Assembly: GCA_964246245.1 (NCBI GenBank)
Contig: CAXTQJ010000003.1
Span: 1 to 53,080 of the forward strand
DNA length: 53,080 nucleotides
From: an uncultured Sphingomonadaceae bacterium
GTDB taxonomy: Bacteria > Pseudomonadota > Alphaproteobacteria > Sphingomonadales > Sphingomonadaceae
Direction: 5' to 3'
Positions within the stretch are counted from its first letter, which is position 1. Each line of letters begins with the position of its first letter. A program made the position numbers and the translations under genes. Under the pieces are notes generated by a model. It ran no database searches. It was not told the origin of the DNA and saw nothing but the letters and a program-made list of their open reading frames with translations. This document shows positions 18,026 through 28,106 of the stretch, piece after piece.

Positions 18026-18979
18026 TCAGAATCGTTCGACGTCATTCGCGAACGTAATTGGTCCATGGTATTGAGCTGCGATAGCCGCCTGTGCAGCCCG
18101 AATGTTCGCCGTGTCGATCGCATCGTGCGTCAGGACTAGTGCCTTAACATCGGCGCGCGCCGCCATTAGCCCGACCTCGGGCGGAGACAGATGCTCACGG
18201 CGATAATGTGCTTCGACCGAGGCCAACGCAGCTGCTGGCAAGTCGGGCCTTGCCGCCGTTAGCGAAGCCAGCGTCGCATCGGGGTCCATCACCTCGGCAA
18301 AGAGGATATCGGCTCCCCGCGCGAGAGCTTCGACGGCAGCGCTTGGCCCGGTGTCGCCGGTGTACGCAAACGACCGACCGGGGGTGTCGAAGCGGAAGGC
18401 ATAGGTATCATTTCTCGTCTCGCCGTCGCCGCCCTGATCGAGAGTATAGTGCGTGTTCGCCGCGGCACGAACCTTGACCTCACCGACCGCGCCAGTTCAA
18501 TTGTCGTAAAGTTCGACGACGCGGACCGTGTCGGCCGGAGCCGTCGGGTTGCGCGCGCCAATGTTTATCGCCGAGGCTACGCCTGGCGCGATCGCGGCCA
18601 CAAGGGCGTCGACCGTGGCTTTGGTACCCGGCGGACCATAAATGGTCGCCACGCCCGGTGCGCGGAGCTGAAAGCGACGAGAAAGATAGGCGAAGAGGCC
18701 ACCGGTGTGGTCGAAGTGAAGGTGACTGAGGAAGACGGTCGTAACCGACTCGAGTGGTACGCCGGCTTTCGCGAGCTGCTGCGCTGCGCCATCGCCGACG
18801 TCGATCAGAATATACAGCTTGCCATAGGTCAGAAGGTTGGCCGGCTGGGCGCGATGCGCATCGGGCCGCGGACCGGCCCCCGTACCCAGCGTGGTAAAGG
18901 TCGCCGGGGCAGGCGCTGCGGCCACGCCGGCGGCGACGAGCGTCATCGCCAACCCGGCCAGCGCGATTGCCTGCCTCAT
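18026..18979 (-). pseudogene. Exported MBL-fold hydrolase (RNase Z/arylsulfatase-like) interrupted by an in-frame TGA at 18497-18499
   Basis: Signal peptide, TLGTGAGP, IDVGDG, SHLHFDH; same frame continues past TGA with NTHY, AYTGDTG, EHLSP, LVLTH. Confidence 0.85.
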
Positions 18980-20007
18980 GCGCGCCCTCTCGTCTCAGCC
19001 GCGATCAGCGCGTCCATCCGCCGCCGCACCGTTACGGCACCGCGATCGATCTTAAGTAGCGCCGGCTTGAGCGACCAAAAATCGGCGGTGCCTAGCCTCG
19101 ACTGCTGCGCGGCGATCATCGGTTCGTCCTCGGTTGCGAAGATGCGCGCGCGCACCTCGCCAAGCTGCTCGTTGTAGGCGGCGTCATCGCGGCGGAAGTC
19201 CCGTGTCGAGGCGAAGAAATAATGCGTCGTCGTTGCCGTTTCGGGCGTCAGGATGTGGACATTAAATACGTTGCCGCCCAGCTCGCGCGCGGTGCCGGCA
19301 GGAACAAAGCCGTTAACAAGCTTCATCACCCCGGGCGCACTCCACTCGACTTCGGTCCAGCTATCGACCCGCTTCACCCCCGCCGGCAGGCGATCGGCGA
19401 GGAGCGGAATTGGCACCTCATTCATCGGCCGCCACGCAATCGCGATTGTCCCGTCGGTGCGCTCATCGACTTCGGCTGAGGTCCGCGTGATCGCGCCACC
19501 GCCAAGCGTGTCGGGGTGCAGAAAGTCGGTATGCGACAGGTCGAGGATGTTATCGACGAATAGCTGGTAATGGCCGCTGCCGTTCAAATAGCCTTTGTTG
19601 AAGGCAGTATCGGGGGCTTCGGCGAGGAAGGCCAGATCTCGGATCGCAGATGGTTCGGCTTGCGCCGGATCGCCCATCCAGATCCACAGTGCGCGATGCG
19701 CCTCGGCGACCGGATAAGCAGCGACCGACAGCGCACGTGACACCGGCCCGTGCGGGTTGCGTACGCACGCACCGTCGGGGCCGAAGGCGAGGCCGTGGTA
19801 GCGACAGACGATGTCGGACCCGTCAACGTGACCGACAGACAGCGGCGCGAAGCGGTGGGGGCACCGGTCGAACAGTGCATGCGGTTCGCCAGTCGCATCG
19901 CGAAAAATTATTACGGGCACGTCGAGCAGTGTCCGGGCCAACGGCGTCGCCTCCGACACCTCGTCGGACCAAGCGGCCATATACCATGTGTTGCGCAGGT
20001 AGGTCAT
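18976..20007 (-). CDS. Rieske non-heme iron oxygenase alpha subunit, VanA/O-demethylase-like
   Basis: YLRNTWYMAAW, CPHRFAPLS..CRYHG Rieske ligands, DNILDLSHTDFLH mononuclear Fe motif, TPETATTTHYF, EDEPMI. Confidence 0.93.
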   Translation of the reverse strand: MTYLRNTWYMAAWSDEVSEATPLARTLLDVPVIIFRDATGEPHALFDRCPHRFAPLSVGHVDGSDIVCRYHGLAFGPDGACVRNPHGPVSRALSVAAYPVAEAHRALWIWMGDPAQAEPSAIRDLAFLAEAPDTAFNKGYLNGSGHYQLFVDNILDLSHTDFLHPDTLGGGAITRTSAEVDERTDGTIAIAWRPMNEVPIPLLADRLPAGVKRVDSWTEVEWSAPGVMKLVNGFVPAGTARELGGNVFNVHILTPETATTTHYFFASTRDFRRDDAAYNEQLGEVRARIFATEDEPMIAAQQSRLGTADFWSLKPALLKIDRGAVTVRRRMDALIAAETRGRA

Positions 20008-21308
20008 GTCGGTCGATACCTCCGCCAGCCAAGTAAAATGGTGATGCCCGCCACGCTCGCCGCCAAGCCGAAGACGAGCGAGACTCCGCCTCGTCCCACG
20101 CCCTGCGCGAATAGCAAGCCGGCGAGCAGTGGCGCGATGGCGCTCGCGATGCGTCCGGCACCGCTAACGAAGCCGCTGGCCGAAGCTCGCGCCTCGTCGC
20201 CGAAGGTGGTCGCGATCGTCGCGTACATTCCCGTCGCGCCCGAATAAAGAAACAGCCCGGTGACGGCTCCGGCGGCGATGAGTAGCGGCAGCGACGGCGG
20301 AACGATCCCGAAGAGCATCGTCGCCACGCCGGTACCGATCATCGCCGACGAGGTGACCCATCGCAACCCAAGCCTCTGCGCCGTCCAACCGAGCGCGAGA
20401 CTGCCGACGGCTCCGGTCCCGCTCGCGGCCGCAGACACCAAACTGCCCGACGAAGCAGTAAAGCCGGCGTCAGCAACCATCTGTGGCAGCCACGTCAGAA
20501 GGTAGAAGACGGCGGCCGCATACAGCAGGTTGGCGATGGTGATCCACACGGTTGTCCCGCGACGCTGCGCGAGTAATGCCGCGTATCCGCGCCGCGTCGG
20601 CACGGCGGAAGCGACGAGCCGGTCAATCCCGGCATGTCCGCAGCGGGCGAGTACGGCATTGACCCGTGCGACCTGATGCTGCCCGCTTCGCGACAACAGG
20701 TAGCCCAGAGATTCAGGCATCAGCCACGCCGTCAGTGGCAGGAGGACAGCGGCAGCGACCGCGCCGGCGACAAAGATCGCGTGCCAGCCATAGTCGTGGA
20801 GCAGCGTCGCCGCGAGTATTCCGCCGACGACGCCACCGACGGGATAGCCGATCGCCATAATCGCGACCGTTAGCGCGCGGCGGCGGGCATTGGCGAACTC
20901 TGCAGCGACAGGGTTGATCGTCGCTACGCATCCGCCGATGCCGAGCCCGGTAACTATGCGGCCCCCCTCGAGCTCGCCCAGCGCGGTGGCGATACTGCAC
21001 CACGCCATCCCGACGGCCATGAGCATAAGGCAGACGAGGATAATGATTCGCCGGCCAACCATATCGGCGAGCGGTGCGAGCGCGAAAGCGCCAGCCGCCA
21101 TGCCCCATAACCCCGCCGACAGGACGGCACCGAGCGCCAGCTTGCCGATGTGCCAGTCAATTGCGATCGCCGGCGCGGCGAACGATACCGAAAGCACGTC
21201 GTAGCCATCGATCGCCGACAGGATGAAGGTCAGGGCGACGACGATCGACTGGACTCGACCCATTGGGGCGGCATCGAGCCGCGCGCGCAGGACGGCGGCG
21301 TCGCTCAC
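20004..21308 (-). CDS. MFS aromatic acid:H+ symporter
   Basis: IDGYD, LADMVGRR, GRIVTGLGIGG, multiple TM segments; GTG start overlaps the upstream TGA. Confidence 0.92.
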   Translation of the reverse strand: MSDAAVLRARLDAAPMGRVQSIVVALTFILSAIDGYDVLSVSFAAPAIAIDWHIGKLALGAVLSAGLWGMAAGAFALAPLADMVGRRIIILVCLMLMAVGMAWCSIATALGELEGGRIVTGLGIGGCVATINPVAAEFANARRRALTVAIMAIGYPVGGVVGGILAATLLHDYGWHAIFVAGAVAAAVLLPLTAWLMPESLGYLLSRSGQHQVARVNAVLARCGHAGIDRLVASAVPTRRGYAALLAQRRGTTVWITIANLLYAAAVFYLLTWLPQMVADAGFTASSGSLVSAAASGTGAVGSLALGWTAQRLGLRWVTSSAMIGTGVATMLFGIVPPSLPLLIAAGAVTGLFLYSGATGMYATIATTFGDEARASASGFVSGAGRIASAIAPLLAGLLFAQGVGRGGVSLVFGLAASVAGITILLGWRRYRPT

Positions 21309-22909
21309 GCCGTCACCGCGCCGACCGCGCGTGCGAGCGGGCCGGTCCAGCCGTCGCCGCGCCACGCGACGTGCTGGTCGGGTCGGATCAGCACCAGCGG
21401 CGCGTCGTAGAGCGCCGCCACGTCGACACCATCGGGTCGGACGACGGTGAGGGGAAGCCCGAGCGCCGCCGCCTCGGCCGTGGCGGCAGCGACAGCGCTC
21501 GGGTCGGCCGCCTGGTCGGCGAGCAGGGTGAAATCGTCGCCGAAGGCGTCGTACAGCGACCGCCCGTCGGCCAGCCACGCATGCGGCGCGAGGCAGCCCG
21601 GCCGGCCCGACGGCTTATAGACCTGGCTGTCATGCGGGGGCGCCTCGCCGGCCTCGTCGGCGATTAGCGGCGACCCTTGGTAGCACAGGCCGAGCACCGT
21701 CCCCAGGGTGTTGAACTCGCGGCCTTTGCTCGCGGCAATGCCTTGGCCGAGCTTGGTGCGGGCCGCGTCGCCGGCGGGGGTCGCATCCTCGATCTCGGGC
21801 GGCGGCGGCGCGACGTAGATGGCATAGTTGGCAATCGCCTCGTCGAGCACTGCCCGGTGCACCGGGCGGCGTTCGGCGGCGTAGCTCGCGACCAGCTCGG
21901 GCCCGCCCCAGCCGGCCAGCGTCGCGGCGATCTTCCAGCCGAGGTCGACGCCGTCGCCGACGCCCATGTTCATGCCGTAGCCGCCGGCGGGGGGATGGAG
22001 GTGGCAGGCGTCGCCGGCAAGGATGATGCGGCGGTCGGCATAGCGGTCGGCTAGCAGCTCGCTCGCCACCCACTGATCGGCACTGAGGATCTCGTAGGGC
22101 AGGTCGATGCCGGTCCGGTCGCGGATCATCGCGGCCGCCTCGTCGTCGGACAGGGTCCGCCCGTCGGGCAGGCCGGCCGGACCGAAGAACCATTTGTCGT
22201 CGCGGTCCATCGGGCCGATGGCGCTGAAGCCGTCCTTGCCGATCTGCCAGTAGATCACCGCCGGGCCGTGCCCGTGCGCCGCCGCCAGCCCGGGGGCGCG
22301 GAAGATGATGTTGTAGGCCCGGCCCAGGCCGTAGCGCCCTTCCATCTTGGCGTTGATTAAGTCGCGGACTTTGCTGCGCGCGCCGTCGGCGCCGATCAGG
22401 TAAGGGCACGTCACCGCGAAATCGCCGTCGGCCCCGGTCAAGGTTGCCGCGACCCGCTCGGCGTCCTGCGTCGCGGTGACCAGCGAGGTGGCGAAGTGGA
22501 CCTCGACCGAGGGCAGCGTCTGCACCTTCTCGAGAAGCACCTTCTCGAGCGTGTACTGCGGTACCCACTGGCCATGCTCGGGATACAGCGGCGACCGATC
22601 GGGCGCGGCGTTGAAGGCGTTGGCGAAGCGCGCCAGCTCGGGCCCGGCGAGGCGGGTGACGAAGACCATGTTGTTGGGATAGTCGACACCGAACGGCGCC
22701 TCGGCCGCCAGCCGGTCGGCGATGCCCCAGCGGCGCAGGTGGGTCCGCGTCCGCACGTTGGTCGTCTTGGCGCGCGGTGCCATGCCGCCGCGGTCGTTTC
22801 GCTCGATGAGGAGGACGCGGACGCCGCGCGTGCCGAGCTCGATCGCCGCGGCGAGGCCGGCCGGGCCGGCACCGACGACGAGGACATCGGTCTCGATCGT
22901 TTCAGGCAA
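21305..22909 (-). CDS. FAD-dependent aromatic monooxygenase (PheA/TfdB family)
   Basis: GAGPAG, IGADGARS, LAGDACHLHPPAGGYGMNMG, C-terminal LIRPDQHVAWRG; TTG start at 22909. Confidence 0.93.
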   Translation of the reverse strand: MPETIETDVLVVGAGPAGLAAAIELGTRGVRVLLIERNDRGGMAPRAKTTNVRTRTHLRRWGIADRLAAEAPFGVDYPNNMVFVTRLAGPELARFANAFNAAPDRSPLYPEHGQWVPQYTLEKVLLEKVQTLPSVEVHFATSLVTATQDAERVAATLTGADGDFAVTCPYLIGADGARSKVRDLINAKMEGRYGLGRAYNIIFRAPGLAAAHGHGPAVIYWQIGKDGFSAIGPMDRDDKWFFGPAGLPDGRTLSDDEAAAMIRDRTGIDLPYEILSADQWVASELLADRYADRRIILAGDACHLHPPAGGYGMNMGVGDGVDLGWKIAATLAGWGGPELVASYAAERRPVHRAVLDEAIANYAIYVAPPPPEIEDATPAGDAARTKLGQGIAASKGREFNTLGTVLGLCYQGSPLIADEAGEAPPHDSQVYKPSGRPGCLAPHAWLADGRSLYDAFGDDFTLLADQAADPSAVAAATAEAAALGLPLTVVRPDGVDVAALYDAPLVLIRPDQHVAWRGDGWTGPLARAVGAVTA

Positions 22910-23753
22910 CGCGGTTCTCGATCGCGCCGATGCCGTCGACCTCGCAGCGGACGACATCGCCCGACTGGAGGAAGACCGGCGGCTGGCGCGCGACGCCGAC
23001 GCCCTCGGGCGTGCCGGTGGCAAGGAGGTCGCCCGGCTGAAGGGTGAAAGCGGTCGAGAGGTAGCTGATCTGCTGCCACACGTTGTAGATCAGCTCGCTG
23101 GTGTCGCTGTCCTGACGCAGCTCGCCATTCACCCAGCAGCGGACGCGGAGCGCATGCGGATCGGCGATCTCGTCGGCGGTGACGATCCACGGGCCGAGCG
23201 GGCCGTGGGTGTCGAACGACTTGCCGACGGTGAAGGTCGGCGAATGGCGCTGCCAGTCGCGCGCCGAGACGTCATTCATCACCGTGTAGCCGAAGACATG
23301 GTTCTTCGCGTCGGCCTCGCTCACCCCCTTGGCCGGCCGGCCGATGACGACGCCGAGCTCGACCTCGTAATCGACCTGCTCGCTGACGCCGCGCTCGATG
23401 GCGTCGAAGGGACCGCTGAGGCAGCTGGTCTGCTTGTTGAACCAGAACTGCTGGGGCGGCACGGCGACGCCAAGCTTCTTCGCCTCCTCGGCGTGCTTCT
23501 TGTAGTTCATGCCGATGGCGAGGAACTTCCCCGGCGCCTCGATCGGCGCGAGCAGCGTCGTCCCGGCGAGCGGCACAGTATCGGTCGCCGCCGCCAAGGC
23601 GACGCGGACGCGGTCGAGTGCCGCGTCACCGCCGGCGATCAGCGCGAGCATGGTCGGGAACACATCGCGCAAGCCATCAAGGCCAACGATGCCGTCACCG
23701 CTGACAACTCCAAGGCGTACCCGGCCTGCGCCCTCAAACCGAACAAGCTTCAT
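22902..23753 (-). CDS. Fumarylacetoacetate hydrolase family protein
   Basis: AIGMNY, DYEVELGVVIG, NDVSARDWQ, GKSFDT, TGTPEGVG. Confidence 0.95.
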   Translation of the reverse strand: MKLVRFEGAGRVRLGVVSGDGIVGLDGLRDVFPTMLALIAGGDAALDRVRVALAAATDTVPLAGTTLLAPIEAPGKFLAIGMNYKKHAEEAKKLGVAVPPQQFWFNKQTSCLSGPFDAIERGVSEQVDYEVELGVVIGRPAKGVSEADAKNHVFGYTVMNDVSARDWQRHSPTFTVGKSFDTHGPLGPWIVTADEIADPHALRVRCWVNGELRQDSDTSELIYNVWQQISYLSTAFTLQPGDLLATGTPEGVGVARQPPVFLQSGDVVRCEVDGIGAIENRVA

Positions 23754-23795
23754 GGTCCATCCCCCCTATTCGCGTACCGACGAGGCGTGCGATCC

Positions 23796-24722
23796 CTAAA
23801 CGAAATCGGCGGGAGCGGGAGGCCCCCACTGGTGCGCGAGCATGGTCGGAATGTCGGTAACGTTCGTCGGCGCGTCTGAGGTGAAGACATCGCCATCGGT
23901 CCAATGCTCGACCCGGTGCCCCCATGGGTCACGCCAGTAGTCGAACACTTGGCTGCCCAGGACATGGCGCCCCACGCCCCACACCTGCGTATAGCCGGTG
24001 GCCTTAAGATGCTCGTGGCCGGCCATAAGATCGTCGAGATCGGCAACCTCGAACGCGGCGTGGTGAAAGCCGGCCGGCTTGCCGGGGACCGACGCGAAGT
24101 TGAGCGTGTGATGATCGGCGGGATCGTCGCCGCGGTCGCAACGAAGGAAGACGGCGGCGAGGTCGCCATTGGGTGCGCGCACCTCGTCGGAGACGATCAC
24201 GCCGAAGCGGTCGGCGTACCATGCGGTGCTGGCGGCCGTGTCGGTCACGCCGAGGACGACGTGACCGAGGCGGACGACGCCAGCTGCGCCCGCTGCGATC
24301 CGCTTGGTCTCGCCGGTGCGCGCGCGGCCGGTCATCGTGTTCCATAGCGCACGAACGGCGTGGCCGATCGATGTCGTCCGCGCCTTGTCCGCAACGACCT
24401 CGACACGGAAGCCGTCGGGATCGATCAGCGCAATGACTGACCCACCGCCCGGACCGGGCGCAGCGTCGACCGCCACGCCTTCTGCCTCGGCGAGGCGGTG
24501 CAGATCGTCGAGACTTGCCGCACGGAGCGTCAACGCGACGAACCCGGGATCGCCAAGAACCGTCTCGTGCACAAACGGCGCGTTGCCGGTGCCGCGCATC
24601 CGCAGGACACCGTCGCCGCCGTCCTCGGCCTCTGTCATGCCGAAGTCCGTGAGAAAGCGCGCCATCTCGCCAAGATTTGGCGCGCTGAAGCGAACCGATT
24701 CCACATCCACGATTTTGATCAT
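23796..24722 (-). CDS. Two-domain VOC extradiol-type dioxygenase, trihydroxytoluene oxygenase (DntD)-like
   Basis: DPDGFRVEV, LGHVVL, DHHTL, HHAAFEV, WGVGRHVLGSQVFDYWRDPWGHRVEHWTDGD. Confidence 0.85.
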   Translation of the reverse strand: MIKIVDVESVRFSAPNLGEMARFLTDFGMTEAEDGGDGVLRMRGTGNAPFVHETVLGDPGFVALTLRAASLDDLHRLAEAEGVAVDAAPGPGGGSVIALIDPDGFRVEVVADKARTTSIGHAVRALWNTMTGRARTGETKRIAAGAAGVVRLGHVVLGVTDTAASTAWYADRFGVIVSDEVRAPNGDLAAVFLRCDRGDDPADHHTLNFASVPGKPAGFHHAAFEVADLDDLMAGHEHLKATGYTQVWGVGRHVLGSQVFDYWRDPWGHRVEHWTDGDVFTSDAPTNVTDIPTMLAHQWGPPAPADFV

Positions 24723-24809
24723 GCTCAATTTCGTCCCCAACGATCAACGTCCGGCCGTCACCGAATCGATTGGCCATTTCCTATCAAAAAAGCGCTTTGC
24801 TCGCAAAAT

Positions 24810-24832
24810 AAAGTTTGTATACGGAATGCATC
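24810..24832. promoter_or_regulatory. Candidate GntR/FadR-type operator between divergent VOC and TBDR genes
   Basis: TTGTATAC core in an AT-rich divergent intergenic region. Confidence 0.3.
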
Positions 24833-24878
24833 GAGTCGCTGGAAAAAGCGACCAGAGCAGCGCTCTGGGATGGGGGGT

Positions 24879-27161
24879 ATGGTGAAGCACAACCTTTTGA
24901 TATCGACGGCGATCTGCTGCGTCGCATTCACTACGACAGCCTATGCGCAAGCACTTCCGCCTTCGTCGACACCGACGGCGACGACCGTGTCGTCCGACGC
25001 GACGACGACCGACACAGCAGATACCGGCATCGGCGATATCATCGTTACCGCCAACAGGCGCGCTGAAAACCTCCAGCAAGTGCCAATCAGTGTTGCCGCC
25101 TTCAAGGGCGAAGCACTCAAGGTACTGGGCGTCGTCAATGTCGTCGATCTACCGCAGATCACGCCGGGCTTAGGCTTTACTCGCACCATCGCCGGCACCA
25201 ACGCGTTTCTTCGCGGCGTCGGCACCACTACGGCGGGCTATAGCACCGAAGTTCCGATCGCGACCTATATCGACGGGCTCTATCTGCCGAATTCGGCTGC
25301 TTCCTCGTTCTCGTTCAATAACATTGAGCGGGTCGAAGTGCTCAAGGGACCGCAGGGAACACTCTATGGACGCAATACGACCGGGGGCCTTATCCAGGTC
25401 ATCACCAAGGACCCAGGTGCAGACACCAGCATCGACACCTCGATCAGCTATGGTAATTACGACACCATCCAGGCGAACTTCTACGGTTCCACACCGCTGA
25501 CCGAAAATCTCGCTATTAACTTCGCCGCCTTGTTCATCGATCAAATCGACGGCTGGGGAACCAACGTCTTCACCGGCAAGCAGGCATACACGTTCGAAGA
25601 CCTGGGCTTTCAGGCCAAGCTCCAGTGGAAGCCCGGGCCGGATACCAAAGTTACGTTGCGCGGGTTCTACGACCGCACGAAGACCGACGAGGGTGATGCG
25701 GTTGGGGTTTTTCCGGGAACGGTCAGCTCGGACGGGACACGTAATACCGGCGAATACAACATCAACTCCCGGCTTACGCCTTACGCGCGGCAACGCATAT
25801 ACAGCATCTCGCTGAAGGCCGAGCACACGTTCAACTTCGCGACCGTGTCGAGCTTGACCGGTTACATAAACAACGAATCCCCCAGCCTGCAAACGCAGGC
25901 TCCCGTACTTGGCACTACGGCGCCTGGTCAAAGCGCAATCAATTTCGGCGGCCGCCAGCGGGCGCGTACATTCGAACAAGAGTTCCAGATCACCTCGAAC
26001 AGCACAGGGCCGTTCAAATGGTTGGCGGGTGCATTCTTCTACGACGACCAGACCACGATCGACAATAAGGTCTACGGGACATGCATCGGGCTCGTGTGCT
26101 CCCCCGGCATCACGCCGAGCGATACCATGGGGCATCAGCACACCCGATCGTATTCAGGCTACGGCGAGGGCACTTACTCGTTCCGGACGGGAACCCACGT
26201 CACGCTCGGCTTGCGGTACACAAGTGACGAGAAGGTGTTCACCGGCATCATCACCCCGCTCGCCGGCTTTCCCAGCTCCATCGCGGCGTTTCCGCCGACT
26301 TTCGTCACCACGCCAGCTCAGTCCGGTATAGCTACCGACGTCACCTTCAACAAGTTGACCTACAAGGCGGTTCTGGCACAGGATTTGACCGACGAAATTC
26401 ACGTTTACGCCTCATACAACCGCGGCTTTAAGTCGGGCGGTTTCAATCCGACCACCTTCACCAATCCAGCCTCCGCCCCCGAAGTGCTCGATGACTTCGA
26501 AGTCGGCGTTAAGTCGGAGCTGTTCGACCGGCTTCTGCGACTCAACGTTGCTGGGTTCTACTACAACTATCGCGGTATCCAGCTTCGCGCGACGGTCCCG
26601 CCAGCCCCGCCGGGAAGTTCGATCCTATTTAATGCGGCGTCGGCACATAACTATGGGGCGGACGTCGACTTCGTCCTCGCGCCGGCGAAAGGGTTGACCA
26701 TTAACGGTGGCTTTGAATTCCTCAATGCGCGCTACACGAATTTTCCGGCCGGTATCCTGACGATACCGCGGGTGGTGACCGGCACCATTCTTGGTGGAAA
26801 CATATCGACGACGGCCAACCTCACCGGCTTCCAGGAACCTCAGGCGCCCGACTTCTCAGCTTCGATCGGCGTCACCTATGTTGTCCCGACGTCGATCGGA
26901 GAGTTCGAGCTGAACGCGAACGACGGCTATCGATCGAGTTTTTCATGGGAGCCCGACAACCGCCTGCGCCAGGCCGCGTACCACCTGGTGAATGCGGCGA
27001 TCACTTATCGACCGGTCAACTCGCGCTTCAGCCTGCAGGTGTTCGCTCGCAACCTCAACGGCGCCTATTATGCAGTCAGCGCTGCGGCAGGGAGCGGCGG
27101 GGACGCCTTCCTTCCCGGTGCGCCACGGACGTACGGTGCCCGGGCTCGCTACAACTTCTAG
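24879..27161 (+). CDS. TonB-dependent receptor
   Basis: Signal peptide, DIIVTANRRAENLQQVPISV, RVEVLKGPQGTLYGRN, C-terminal PRTYGARARYNF. Confidence 0.96.
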   Translation: MVKHNLLISTAICCVAFTTTAYAQALPPSSTPTATTVSSDATTTDTADTGIGDIIVTANRRAENLQQVPISVAAFKGEALKVLGVVNVVDLPQITPGLGFTRTIAGTNAFLRGVGTTTAGYSTEVPIATYIDGLYLPNSAASSFSFNNIERVEVLKGPQGTLYGRNTTGGLIQVITKDPGADTSIDTSISYGNYDTIQANFYGSTPLTENLAINFAALFIDQIDGWGTNVFTGKQAYTFEDLGFQAKLQWKPGPDTKVTLRGFYDRTKTDEGDAVGVFPGTVSSDGTRNTGEYNINSRLTPYARQRIYSISLKAEHTFNFATVSSLTGYINNESPSLQTQAPVLGTTAPGQSAINFGGRQRARTFEQEFQITSNSTGPFKWLAGAFFYDDQTTIDNKVYGTCIGLVCSPGITPSDTMGHQHTRSYSGYGEGTYSFRTGTHVTLGLRYTSDEKVFTGIITPLAGFPSSIAAFPPTFVTTPAQSGIATDVTFNKLTYKAVLAQDLTDEIHVYASYNRGFKSGGFNPTTFTNPASAPEVLDDFEVGVKSELFDRLLRLNVAGFYYNYRGIQLRATVPPAPPGSSILFNAASAHNYGADVDFVLAPAKGLTINGGFEFLNARYTNFPAGILTIPRVVTGTILGGNISTTANLTGFQEPQAPDFSASIGVTYVVPTSIGEFELNANDGYRSSFSWEPDNRLRQAAYHLVNAAITYRPVNSRFSLQVFARNLNGAYYAVSAAAGSGGDAFLPGAPRTYGARARYNF

Positions 27162-27173
27162 GAAACACGCGAA

Positions 27174-28106
27174 ATGGCGGCGGCGGGCAAGGTCATCATC
27201 ACCTGCGCGGTGACCGGCGGGATCCATACACCGTCGATGTCGCCGCACCTGCCGGTGACGGCCGCCGAGATCGCCGACGCGGCGCTCGGCGCCGCCGCAG
27301 CCGGCGCGGCGATCGTCCACCTCCACGCGCGCAATCCCGACGACGGCCGGCCCGACCAGCGACCGGTAGCGTTCGAACCGTTTCTCCGCGTGATCAAGCA
27401 ATCGAGCGACGTCGTCGTCAACATCACCACCGGCGGCGCGCCGGGGATGACGGTCGAGGAACGCGTCGCGCCGGCGGCGGTATGGCAACCCGAGGTCGCC
27501 AGCATGAACATGGGGTCGATGAACTTCGGCCTGTTCCCCATGCTCGGCCGGCGGACCGAGTGGAAGCACGCGTGGGAGCCGGCGATGCTCGAGGCGAGCC
27601 GCGACTTCATCTTCAGGAACACCTACAAGGACATCGCCTTCTGCCTCGACACGCTCAACCCGACCGGCGCGCGCTACGAGTTCGAGTGCTACGACACCGC
27701 GCACCTGCATAACCTGCATTATTTCTACCGCGAAGGGCTGGTCCAGGCGCCGCTGTTCATCCAGACTGTGTTCGGGCTGATGGGCGGCATCGGCAGCCAC
27801 CCCGACGAGGTGCTCCACATGAAGCGGACCGCCGACCGCCTGTTCGGCGACGCCTATACTTGGTCGGTGCTCGGCGCCGGGTCGGCGCAGATGCGCGTCG
27901 CGGCGATGGGTGCCGCCATGGGCGCCCACGTCCGCGTCGGGCTCGAGGACTCGCTGTGGCTCGGCCGCGGAAAGCTGGCCGAGAGCAACGCGGCGCAGGT
28001 GACGCAGGTCCGGCGGATAATCGAGGGGCTCGGCCTCGAGGTCGCGACCCCGGCCGAGGCGCGCGACATCCTGTCGCTGAAGGGCGCCGACCGGGTCGGC
28101 TTCTGA
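27174..28106 (+). CDS. Beta-keto acid cleavage enzyme (BKACE/DUF849, Kce family)
   Basis: VIITCAVTG, HTPSMSPHLP, VHLHAR Zn ligands, EFECYD, VRVGLED. Confidence 0.93.
   Translation: MAAAGKVIITCAVTGGIHTPSMSPHLPVTAAEIADAALGAAAAGAAIVHLHARNPDDGRPDQRPVAFEPFLRVIKQSSDVVVNITTGGAPGMTVEERVAPAAVWQPEVASMNMGSMNFGLFPMLGRRTEWKHAWEPAMLEASRDFIFRNTYKDIAFCLDTLNPTGARYEFECYDTAHLHNLHYFYREGLVQAPLFIQTVFGLMGGIGSHPDEVLHMKRTADRLFGDAYTWSVLGAGSAQMRVAAMGAAMGAHVRVGLEDSLWLGRGKLAESNAAQVTQVRRIIEGLGLEVATPAEARDILSLKGADRVGF

Noticed and set aside
18497-18499. Selenocysteine recoding of the in-frame TGA
   Set aside because: Not at a Cys-type catalytic position, only weak downstream pairing, and no sel genes in the window; Trp-to-stop is simpler
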